From positions 52,576,001-52,640,000 of the forward strand of contig OZ320313.1 in the NCBI GenBank assembly GCA_976226885.1: 64,000 bases of DNA. The letters are read 5' to 3'. Within the stretch, counting starts at the first letter, position 1; each line of letters opens with the position of its first letter. The notes beneath the pieces are model-generated. The model did no database searches. It was not told where the DNA came from and worked only from the letters and a program-made list of their open reading frames with translations. The position numbers and the translations under genes were made by a program. Of this stretch, positions 1 to 11,471 are shown piece after piece. This stretch comes from Iphione sp. A-MEVVRFRX5. Lineage: Eukaryota.

Positions 1-805
1 AAAAGAGAATGTTAGAAAAGAAGCGAGAACTAGATTAAAACTAGATTGCCCAGGTTGTGTCTTTTATGAAAAGTGTGCCACAAAAGGATCCAGTGCTAGG
101 AAGTTGCGTACTGTTATGACAACAAAAAAGCATGTCAATTGTGAATATACAACCATTTAGGGGATAGATACGTAACAAATGTGAACAGAATAAAACATGA
201 ACAATTCGTTTGGGATTAAAACATAATCGAAAATTCATTTCAGTCGGAGGAGCCGCGTACGCACGAGTACGCTATTCTGCCTAAACCAGTGCAAATAAGG
301 TGGCATGGGAAGGTAAGAAAGGTATGAAAGTGCCAGATAGAACATGAAAGACACTGAAAGATGGAGATAAATTGGTGTGTGGAGAGCACAGAAAAGGGTG
401 CGTTCTAAAAACGCAAAATGGGAACAACTTCGAAGTACCTGAGCACTACAAACCCATGGAAACCACTTGATTCCAGTGGTAGGTGTCGCAGAACGCAGAT
501 CGCTAAAGGTGTGAATACAACGGAAACCCTTGCATGCGTAACCCCAGCGGTGACCCCACTCTAAACCAATCATAATCTGCGGATTGCTTAGGATTGTACC
601 TATTTTTACCTTCTGGAAGTAATACATAAGATAAATCAATGAGGGACCGTATAAGTAGGAATGCATGACCTTTGCCAATTGGAAGCACCATATTCTTGCG
701 GTCAGGTAGGATTTTGATTTCATACAACATCGGGACGGTTACATGAAATTCATGTTTCATTTGAAACATTTTCTGGAATGTGTCTTTCAGGTAAGTATGT
801 AATAA

Positions 806-1466
806 GGCGTAAACAAAAAATAACTGTGTTTCTGGTAACCCGACCGACCCTACATTACAGCCAATTGTAAATTTATATTTTTTTCTGGTTGTTTTGAATA
901 ACTTCAGAATATATCATGCTAGAGACATGTTCTATACACCAAATTACTCCCCAAGTTACTAGCTTTCATTTGCTATAAGTTTCATTAAATTCTAAGGCAA
1001 AAAATAAATAGGTGTGTTTCTGGTAACGACCAGTCAAAAACCTAGGTAGGGAGGGGCTTTTTTTATAGATTTTTTCCCCACTTACTTCCCCTGGTTTTCA
1101 GTAATAATAAAGATAATATCAAGAATTTTGACCAATCTGTATGAGCTTTACAGTTTTTTTGTGAATTCTCATGGATTTTATTCTTTTTCTACTGCATTTA
1201 CCAAAAATATGTGCCGTGAAAACACATATTTAAGGAAATTCAGTCTTGGAAACTCTTTTGGGCCAAAATTTTTTTATGTAGGGTAAGGTTTTACTAGGTA
1301 GGGGTGGGTTACCAGAAACACACCTTAGGCCTAAGTATTAGAAGTGATATTACCATGCACATTTCTTCTTCCCAGCCTGAATTACCATTGAAAAAAAAGA
1401 GTAGCCACTGACCGACCCTCTCTTTTTCTTTGCTTGTTTCCGGAAACACAGAACTTTTTTTAGGCC
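806..1466. mobile_element. PIF/Harbinger-type MITE (outer element, interrupted by a nested MITE)
   Basis: Ends are GGCGTAAACAAAAAATAACTGTGTTTCTGGTAAC and GTTTCCGGAAACACAGAACTTTTTTTAGGCC. TAA flanks both sides (803-805, 1467-1469). Ends match the element at 51300-51477. Confidence 0.8.
996..1331. mobile_element. PIF/Harbinger-type MITE nested in 806-1466
   Basis: GGC ends with a perfect 17-bp inverted repeat GGTGTGTTTCTGGTAAC / GTTACCAGAAACACACC. TAA at 993-995 and 1332-1334. Confidence 0.75.
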
Positions 1467-3549
1467 TAATCACTGCCCTGTGGCTAAAAGCAGCCTGAAG
1501 TCATATTTGCTTTATCGTATTCTTTTTTTAATGAAATTCTTTTCCACTTGTAGACTGCCCTAACTTCTGCCCTGCCCTTTTCTCTATCGTTATTTCTTTT
1601 TGGCATTCATGCTTGCTTCTTCTCTATTATTTGGAGCCTGTAGCTCTCCAAACAAACGCTTCACCTGTTTCTTCCCACAAGCAAGCTAGCATTTAATTTT
1701 CTAAGGATACAGAATTATATCCTGTCAATGACCCTTCAGTGACTTTGTTCTTTTGATGTCCTCCAGTTCAATCAAGCAAGGTTCGTTTGTGTGTGGACTT
1801 CATGTGGATAAATATGTTCAAACGAACTCCATTGGAATCAGTCCTTGGGGACTCAAACTTTGCTGACAAGAGCAAAGTGGCCCGCATGAAAGCCCGAAAC
1901 AAAAGAGTTGCCGGAGGTAATTGCATCAGAACGCGGGACATTGTAAAATCTAGCAGACAGCGAGAGGGTTTGATTGAATCTCGCCAGTAATAGGAGGCAG
2001 CGGCCAGGGCTAGGCCCGCCGGGCAGGCGGGCCGAGGCCCGTCCGCTAGGCCGTCGCTAATTGGTTAATCCAGTCATGTGGTGTGGGCAGATTGCCTCGT
2101 GTAGAAGACACCTGCTGCTCTCTGATTGTTGCCTCCCAGAACGCCGGGGCGTGCAAGGGGTTTAGGGAGATGTCGGAAGGCTCTTTGCCCGCTCGCCTGG
2201 CAAAAGCATACTCCTTTCACTGGAGCGGCCAGCCGGCTGATGCTATGCGTGTAGCCTGGGGCTTCTAATTTAACGGCGGGTCAACACGGCCGACCCGTGT
2301 CAGGTGCCACTGCTAATACTGCTGTGGCTTCTGAAAACTTGCTCTGAAGCCACCCATGTTATGACCTGCACCCTATGCGAGGCCGGTCCTCGCAACCCCA
2401 AGGGCCCCAACGCAGCGTTACTACATGTACTACCTCTACTCATATTTGTAGCCATCTCCCAAGAGGTTGGCTGCGTGCATTTAAAGCGTTCCATCCTTAA
2501 TTAAAGATCCCTGAAATGTATTTACCAGCCGGGCTCTCGTCAACAATATCTAAAATTCAATTCAGCGAGCAAGACAAATTAAGGCAGCATGTTATTCAGG
2601 AATAAGCCTATTTACAAAAATAGCTCCTCCACCGCTCGCTTCTGGCTTGCATTTTGACCAACTACATTAGCAACCGCAACAATGTTATAACAATAATCAC
2701 TCAACACTGCATCGCAGCCGGGTGTGGGGATGGCAAACATGGAATCCCCTTGGCTTCTACTTGATATTCTGTCCGTGCTGAGTCTGTTTTCATTACAGGC
2801 CTTTCAAAAAGTACTGCCAGACGCAGACGGAATACTGATGGATTTGTTCAAAGGACTTGATCAGATGACGTTCATTACACGAGAAGGATCTTTCTCTCGA
2901 GGCTGGTAGATGTGGCTGGTGGCTGGGTATTGAAGGAGACAGTAGGAAAGTTTGACAAGCGAAGGACGGATGCGATAGCTTTGGTTTGATTTTTAAAAAA
3001 TGGCAGAAAAATAACGAAAGATTCTCTTAGGTTAGAGAGATGTATAGCATCGGAAATGCACAATATGAGATGGAAGGAGCAGAGAATTTGGGAGGACAGT
3101 CCAATGATTCGAATATCAGAAAAAAATTTAATTCAGCCATGCTACTTTAAAAAAATGGAAGGTTCATAATCCAACGCAGATTAACAATAAGAACATTATT
3201 CCATAAGATATAAAACATTCAGAATTAAATATGGTTGCCTATCTAAAATAAGGCATCAACCACAGTATGGAAAATGATGTATTAAAAAGTAATATTTGTA
3301 TGGAAATTACACTAACACTGAAAATGACACTATTTTGAAGACTACTAAAACTCAAAAGACCTTCGACGATAAGTATCTCCCGTGCGAAAATATATTCAAG
3401 ACAGTGTCACTACATTTATAGAAAACGAGCCGTTCTAAGACATGGTACACTAGGTGAGGGAGACCTGAGGCAAAAGTCTGAAAAACGCCGTCGTACCCAC
3501 GGGAGGAAGGTGGTCTAAGTAACTGTTTTGGATGAAGCTTGATACATAC

Positions 3550-3679
3550 CTTTTGAAATCTTAAACGGCTCCGAGGGCTCCGAGAAGCCACGACTCCCGT
3601 TCACGCTGACGGCGCTCACGCGGAACTGGTACCATCGTCCTGGGCCGACGTCGCGGAGGATGGCAGATGTATGTGTCGT
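3550..3679 (-). CDS. ANOS1: Anosmin-1 exon equivalent to human exon 6 (FnIII-1 C-half), 130 bp
   Basis: Encodes TTHTSAILRDVGPGRWYQFRVSAVSVNGSRGFSEPSEPFKISK, versus human [43 protein letters not shown]. Acceptor ttctctgtcag|ACG, donor AAAG|gtatgt. Length equals human exon 6 (130 bp, recalled). Confidence 0.96.
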
Positions 3680-3846
3680 CTGACAGAGAATTTGAGAATA
3701 CACAAAAGGCGGTTAATAGCTTGATTCCCATAGGCACCCTTCTGTATACGCATTCTGCAGAATGAGATGTCGATTGGCGGTAGCGTACAGTTCCGTTCTG
3801 TGTCGTGTTAGTCTATGGTATATACGTGTTTGGAATTATTGGTCAA

Positions 3847-3867
3847 TATATATATATATATATATAT
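3847..3867. repeat. (TA)10 microsatellite
   Basis: Read directly from the sequence. Confidence 0.95.
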
Positions 3868-4560
3868 GTAGTGTGTCTCATAGTCTCTACTTCTGCTTCA
3901 TATATATACACATATATTTCATTTAATATTTTCAGAAATGTTGCTTATTTTATAATACGGAATTAAATCAGAACACATTATACGCTATGAATGTGTACCG
4001 TCATCACTCGATAAACAATTGGCACAGGTCAATGTTTCAAATTGAAAAACACATGCGCCAAGTTAACTAAAGGGCGCAGAAGTAACAGACATCTGGCACT
4101 TTCATCCAAAATCGAAAACCCTAACAACCAGATTGAACGGCCAGCGGGTCTTACAGTATTCCTGGCCTAAGAGCCATATACACAAACGCTGAGAAATCAA
4201 TAGCTTGTTGCTGGCAACCGTAGGGCAACGTGGTGGCCTTTCAGCTGGGGCCCAGCCACAGCGTGTCCCACAGAGACTGTGGGGAAGTGGATTGAATTCG
4301 CGCCCCTCTGGTGGCAGCTCAGTGCAAATTACAACATCCCACTAGGGGAAAAACCATTGCAGCAGACATTTGTGGATGGAATCAGAACATTGACGGATAG
4401 TTGCCAGTTGCAATTATATCGGTACAACAAATATTTTCGTTCAATTTTCGTCTTGTAAAGGATCGCGAAAAGAATGGTTTTCAAAATGTCTTAAAATTCA
4501 ATAATAGAACGAGCGAACAGTTTAAAGATGGTTTGTGGGACTAGTAAGGAAGAGTGTCAT

Positions 4561-4634
4561 GAGAGAGACAGAGACAGGGAGAGAAAAAGAAAGAGAGAGA
4601 TGGAAGGGAGGGAGCGGAGGAGGGAGGAAGGGAG
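4561..4634. repeat. GA-rich polypurine low-complexity tract
   Basis: gagagagacagagacagggagagaaaaagaaagagagagatggaagggaggga... Confidence 0.8.
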
Positions 4635-5133
4635 CATTCCACTTCTATACATGTACTTATACCGAAGAGCCTGTCTGTACGTGTTTCATATTCATGCACT
4701 AAAATCTTACTTTCTTTGACAGATGAAAGACGCCAAACTGATCTAATTGTCAAGAGAAAGCTCAATAAATATATTTTAAGCTATAATGTAATAATGTCGT
4801 AATCGTGAAAACTTTGCTTTTAGGCACTTGAGAAGGTTCCATTTCACGTGCACTGAGTATCCTCGGCACGCATTCCACCATCTTAAGCAGGAATGCTAAC
4901 ATGTAAATCCTCGGTAAGTGGCTTTGTGGTACATGATTGTGAAAATAGACAGGCAAATCATCCCATTCAGATGGGCAGTGGCAAAAGAAAAACGCGCCCA
5001 CCGCCGATAAGGAACTTACCGCTCTCGTGTATGGGATTATAATGACATGTTTTTCCCAGGCTGAGAGCGTCACCTACCAACATAGCTATCCACCACCACC
5101 ACACTCACGTCCATCCATCTGAGTCTGGAGGAA

Positions 5134-5360
5134 TGACGTCACTAATGGGAACTACGCCCATTGTGGCGCATGCGCTAATCGACGCGGACGTGCTGCATTA
5201 TGGAAGCGCCGTCGGCAAGGCGAGAGAAATTAGCTTCCTTCCGGTGGACACCAAAACGAAGGCAAGCCACGCTTTGACAGCGCGAGAATGAACGAGACTT
5301 GACGCCGCGGATGGGGAATATGGAGGCCTCCTCCAACTGAACAACGTTAAAATGGAGGCA
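5134..5360. promoter_or_regulatory. CpG-rich intronic motif cluster (CRE, NRF1, ETS, YY1-like)
   Basis: TGACGTCA at 5134-5141, GCGCATGCGC at 5166-5175, CTTCCGG near 5238, AAAATGGAGGC near 5349. Motif matches only; no functional data. Confidence 0.4.
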
Positions 5361-7328
5361 CTTAGCATTTCGTCTGAAAGACTGTAACTTGTAAGAGGAG
5401 AGATAAATATTTCTTACAAATAACACGCAAAGTGAGAAGACGGCTCATTTCCAAGCACTGTTTCGTGTTGCAGTCTCTCTTTCAAGTTTGGCCACTTAGA
5501 TTTTGTTTCTGCTGAGAAATGCTGATTATGGGAGAAAGGAATCCATGCGAAAATTATCGTCATATGTAGTTTGTTGTATCATTAAGTGTAATATGCAATA
5601 CTTTGATTGTCGACGGTCTCATCTAAAAGAATTCGGAACGAAGAGTGAATTAGCGGTTGGTGTTCAAATGAGTGCTGAATCATTTGGTTCGTCGTCGACT
5701 TCTTCACCTCACATCACAAATCTACCCCGCATCTGCCTGATTGGCCCAGTATGATGAGTTCACGTGTTATGGAGCCACAGACCATTGCTCAGTCATTGTT
5801 CCCTGGGTGATCTATGCGGTTAGCAGAGCGGGTCAATTTCGTGAGTTAATCTCTTTGCACTCACTGTATGCTTACGGTCAAAAGAGTACCATACTATCAA
5901 CAGATTTTCATCTCTATACATGTACATACATGCATAGCTGCATTTAGAGTTTGAAGGAGAAAAGGCATTACACCTCACATAATGAGAGGCAAAGAATTTA
6001 TGATGATGCACTTCCTTGAGGTTCACTCCTAGATTACATTATTCTACGTGTAATTCGATGTTTATAAGTTATAAACTTTTGACCATTCACTAACCGATAC
6101 TTCCTCTATGCACACACATTATAGATGGTCGTTATGAACTTTTACCTCAGATTTACGTGGACATATGCTAGATAAATACGGAAGGTATCCCTATCGGTGC
6201 AAATGATGAAGCGCGAAGCGAAAAGCGAGGCCTCCAGGCTAGAAGTGCATAGGAGCAATCACTACATGTTCTGATGAGTAACTCCTCAATAGGAGCAGCT
6301 CGCTCCCTATCCCTGCGTCAGCAGCTGTAGTGTCAACCGAACAATGAACCAGCAGGCTCATCAACAAGTGCCCAGGTGACATGAAAACGCTGCCATAAAC
6401 CAAGCAGCCCCTATATCCTCTCTTACGAATGTGCTCCCTGGCAGACCTTTCATGAATATACATAGAGACCGCATGTATCATACCTTACACCTGTCCTCTC
6501 TCATTAACCGCTGAAAAATGTGCTGCGTCATGGTGGACGGCCATCTTGGGCTTGCGACTTTCAGCCAATTATTTTTATTGGGCACCGAATGGACCAATCG
6601 TGCTGGGCCTGGCACTTCAGCGGCGACCTTTTGCATATTGATTTGTCATTTCCATACCATCACCTGTAGTGATTTTCATGGTAACGGTGACAGGCGGGGC
6701 GGTGTCTATGTGTCTGGTAAATGGTGGCCCCGGTTGATTAATGTACGCGCCGAGTTATCGTGGAAATTGGGGAGAGACGAGCGTTAGGCTCTGTAATTAC
6801 TAGTCTCGCTACCAAGTGGACACGTCCGCAGTGTTCATGGGACTTGGTGCGTTCATCACCATTTCGGGCTGTTCTTTTATGTCTAGTAACCAAAATGTGG
6901 TTGAGAACCTCAACCTATGCATAGGGACACGTGGTAATACGCTGAAGACACAGGCTCTCTCGCTGAATAAAAAGGACCATAGATTTATCTCTATGGACAT
7001 CGCTTCGCTGAAAGATCTGAGACATCAGTATATGTAATTCGTTTCCATATAATATGTTCGCTAAGTATGACATAAAATGAAATTGAATTTGAAACGTGTT
7101 CTCTTTGTATTTAATGAAATGTGTTTCTTGTTATTTCATCTGTTTATCTACCCGTCAATCCTCACCTTTCAGTCAGCCATTATCTCCTCCTGCTGCTGGT
7201 TCCTTATGCTATTCGTAGACTCGTAGGAAGCATATCACGTGTCAGTTCACTCTTTTGAATCACAACATCTTGAAGCCGCATCGTGTTACCATGTACTGTA
7301 TACATGTATGGCGATGATTTCGACTCAC

Positions 7329-7513
7329 CTGCGACACCTGGTGCCACTGGGTCATGTGGTGCTCGGAGTGGTGGCGGCCTACGTTCCAGCGGTGTTGTAC
7401 CATGTAGAGAAGCGGCGCGGAGAAGTTCATGTAGACCTCCGACCAGGAAAGCTCCACCGAACCGCCTTTAGCCCGCTCTCGGATCTCCAGGACCCTTGGG
7501 ATGTCCGGGACAC
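7329..7513 (-). CDS. ANOS1: Anosmin-1 exon equivalent to human exon 5 (FnIII-1 N-half), 185 bp
   Basis: Encodes (G)VPDIPRVLEIRERAKGGSVELSWSEVYMNFSAPLLYMVQHRWNVGRHHSEHHMTQWHQVSQ, versus human GVPLKP...[26 protein letters not shown]. Acceptor ttccgacag|GT, donor CAG|gtgagt. Length equals human exon 5 (185 bp, recalled). Confidence 0.95.
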
Positions 7514-10500
7514 CTGTCGGAATGAAGCGGCAAACGATGGAAGGATTACACCCCGATGTGACCCTGGCCAAAGTGAATCAGGTGAAAGATGAAAGGAACC
7601 GCCCGGCTGTTGGTGAAAGCCATCAGGTCGATGGGAGGGGTGGAGCCTTCAACACCAACTGCAGACGATGGCGAAAAAACAGTTGGCAAGAGCCCTACGT
7701 TCACAAGTTCTCCATGCACGGTTTCGTTTCTTAGTTAATTCAACTTCTGGATAAACATAGCTAGATGACATGGGATTATTTTTTCATTTGTACGAGGTCA
7801 AGAATAATCACACGTGATTTAGCAATAAGAGTCTCAGAAAATAAGCATGTCCCCGACGACACTGGACTTTCATCGATGAGAGCTATATATCTTGCCTTGC
7901 ACTACCTAATTAACACATTTATAAACTGCTCACAAAGAGATGACACCTTTGTTATCGCGCCCGGAGCGCTTTTGGGAGAAATTTTCTAGGGGGAGCATAT
8001 GATAGAAATGAGAAGTGTCGTTGATAAAGTAAAAAGTCATGAGAATCGCAAGACCCCAACAAGGAACAACCAGGTAGTTCCATGATAGGATGATCTTGTG
8101 ATGGTTGTACATGTATTTAAATTAATCGTTTTCTGCCGACTTCAGGATACAGAAGTTTCAACAGTGATAATTGCAATGACTGCACGAAATAGCGTAAACG
8201 CTACATGAAAGCCGAATGCACGCATTTACCTTTGTATAGAAATAGTGAAACGGAACTCTCCCGTCTGTAGACTGTAATTTTCTTTCATATTATAAGGAGG
8301 CTGCTTGTACAAAGGGGACAATTAACTTAGAAAGAAACCGCTATGTGTGATAACATCATTTAATTTTTATTCACAATAAACCGCCAGCGATATACGTGCT
8401 TTCAAATATGATGCAATAGCCGTTTGTTTATATCTTGTGTGCACGTACATTGTACACGGCAAAAACGTAACAGAAAATAGGAAACATCAAGCAGGAAGAA
8501 CCATAATCGAAATTTTTATTTTCAGGATAAAAGATCGGCTTTTGCCATATTCTAACTTCTTACTTGTCATTTCTTGTAAAAGTACATTGATTCGGTTGTT
8601 GACTTTTTTCTTGTGGCCTCCTTTTTAGGACAAAGCAAATCAATTTTCTTCCTTTGAATGTTTTTCCTTTAAAAGCTTTCTCTCGTGAAACGAATAGGAT
8701 CACAACATGGAGACGTGCAAACATTTTTCGGCAAGAGGTAGTTTGCATAAGCAATATTTCCCATAGAGGCCCGGATTCACTGCTGACTTGCAAGCGTTGA
8801 TTTCCAGAGGTTTGAAAGAAGGCAAATGCTGTAAGCCTTGCCACGAAGGCCAATGAGAAACATGTGAAGTCCGTTTATATGCTTGCATGCATTGTTGTAC
8901 TCCTGATGTATACACATGCCGTACGGAACGTGTTGCAGATGCTTGTTATTTATTTGCACTCCTTCTAACAACATCACCAAATGATTTTTTTATGGAGAAA
9001 CAGAACAAATTCCGATCTTGCTCCTATTTATCATGTACTGTTGCACTCATCCAGTCTAAGGAATCAGTTCTATCAGTGCGAAGAATACTTGTCAAACGTT
9101 CCCCCTGTTGTTTCCAAAACTGTCCACAGTTCCGACATCGAGCAGCGTGAAATGATTGTCACCACTTCAGATTTGACGTTGGAGAGTCGGCCAAAAGTGC
9201 GCAAGTTGTCCAGGAATGGATACGTTTAAGACTGACAATTTATTACAAGGCCAGGTTTGCTGGATATATCAATGTCACGTATTTGTCCGATGCTAGTCAT
9301 AGAGCAATAGAGTGGTGTATGGATAATGACCGTAAAATCGGTTCTGAATGTTCTGAAGTCATTGCTAGTATCGGGCAACGGACTGCAGCATGAGCAATAA
9401 CTGTTCCCGTCCAAGGTCGACCACGTGGTTGGCTCATGTATCTAAACAAATGAGTCTCCTAGTCGAAATAAACATTACACGGCTGGGGTCAACGCATAAA
9501 CACTCAAATAAACCAATCCAGCTTCCCTAGAAAAAGGTGAAGAACCGCACTTAATGTGAAGTATTCTACATGTATATCTATTTTCTCGGATGAAAAAACT
9601 TGTTCATTCTCAAAATAATGTTTATTTATTGTAGAGGGATACGGCAGTATCTCTAAAAAGTAATTTATACCGCCACTGTCTGACAATCATTTCCAACATA
9701 ATATACAAGATTCGGTGATGCCATTAATCGGTGTTATACCTATATCTGCATATATATATATATAAATACGTATGTAAATGTACATATAGGTATATGTTAA
9801 AATCTTAAACATTGTATTTTAATCACAAACATGAAGTATCTTTCGAATTAGTTTCCCTTTATAACGTTGATATTTGCATAGATAGATTCATTTCAACTGG
9901 TAATTACTGCCGAAGGCCAAAGAGGGGATCCCTTTAACCTTTTTCGATTTACCACAAGCACTTGCATAGATATTTTCAGAAGGCAACATCCCTCGGCACG
10001 GAAGCCATATAAAGAGAATACATCGTTGGCAAATTCCTTCTGACCGGCCTCTTTCTAGAAACAGCCTCTCAGTTGTGTAGCATTATAGAATGCCATTAGC
10101 GTTATCCAAGTGCTAAGTAACCCTCGATTCTTCTTGTTTTTGAGCTAAACAAGATTAAAACTTGAATTCTTGACGTCGGTTTTATTAGATCATATTGGAC
10201 TTCAGATGGTTGCCAGTTGCTGCACGTATCGTGCAAAGGAAAGAAAGAGAACGACGACAGGGGAAGATAGCACATCAACACGTGGCTGAAATCACAATCC
10301 GACATCTGGTGGCGATCTGACGAACCAAGGCCACCGTTTCGTCCGGTGATTATTTTGCCAGGCGGCAGGAAGGGGAACCACGTGTGATTTATCGGCGTCT
10401 CCACCAGGGGACTGCCAATGGAGAAACGTCTTTGTTGGTATCTCGAGGGGGCGCTACGAAACCACACAGGCTCTTGGTGTATGAGTGGATAGCTGTTTTG

Positions 10501-11174
10501 GGCATGGTGGGCGTGAACGTCCCCGTTTGTTTGTTTGTATGCATGTCCGTCGGTGAGCACAGAGCACCCTAAAGTGAGGATGGCTCCGATTTAAGTCTGG
10601 AATTTCATTCAACCAAATAATAAACCAGACAAAAGCCTCAAGATGGTAGTCTTTGAACTTCTACAGTCCTTAGCTACATTTTCTTCTGAGTAGAACCTTT
10701 GGAATGCCTTTAGTTTTCAGATGAAAGAGCTGATTTGTCAAAAGACTTCGTCACTGGATATCACTGTCGATGCATACTTTGATAAACAGTAGACACAGTT
10801 CAAGTAGTGTGAAACTTGCATAGAATTCCTACTAGTCTACTTGATGGCGGTACTTTTGAAAAATACATATATTCTAGAAGACATGAAATGCTCTCACTTG
10901 TTTTATTTTGATTCACTTTGACTTCATTGGAATGTGTACCAAAACCTATAGGCGAATGCACATATAGACCGTAGGCGTACAACAGTAAAGTTTTCTTTTA
11001 TGAGAGCAAAAGTAAGTTTGTTCAGATTGATATTTTAAATAAACAAATTTCAAGGCAGTCATTTTCATGTCCTTACTTTTCTAAGTTTTGTTTCACCCCC
11101 TCCCCCCCAACAAAAGAGCATGCTGAGTGCTTCCACCAGAAGAGAAGTATAGGGTGGGGTGGCATTGTCACTAA

Positions 11175-11471
11175 GGCGGTGTTCACACGCACCTGTATTA
11201 TTTGAAAATAAATGTAGATACGGACCTGTAGACGGATTTTATCAGGTCCATAGCAATTGGCCTAAAGCCTTCAAATGTATCCGTTCAAAATGGATACGGT
11301 TCCATATCCATATTCAAAATTTCCTAAAGATACAGATCCATTTTCCATAGGAAGCAATAGTAATATATATCCGGTGACCACATGCAAGTCATTAATTCGT
11401 GGATACACCAGGGGGTATCTATGGTTATGGATCCGTAGACATTTTCCCCTGCAGATGCATTGAAACCCGCC
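11175..11471. mobile_element. PIF/Harbinger-type MITE, 297 bp
   Basis: Imperfect TIR: GGCGGTGTTCACACGCACCTG versus the reverse complement of the right end GGCGGGTTTCAATGCATCTG. TAA at 11172-11174 and 11472-11474. Repeated internal GGATAC/GTATCC/GGATCC motifs. Confidence 0.7.

Noticed and set aside
235-723. 162-aa minus-strand ORF as a candidate next anosmin exon
   Set aside because: No FnIII features (no P-x-P-x-NL start or conserved W/Y pattern).
3926-4007. Box C (GTGATGA) ... CTGA ... CTGA over 76 nt on the minus strand, snoRNA-like
   Set aside because: No terminal stem, no C' box, AT-rich guide regions with no evident rRNA complementarity; such patterns arise by chance.
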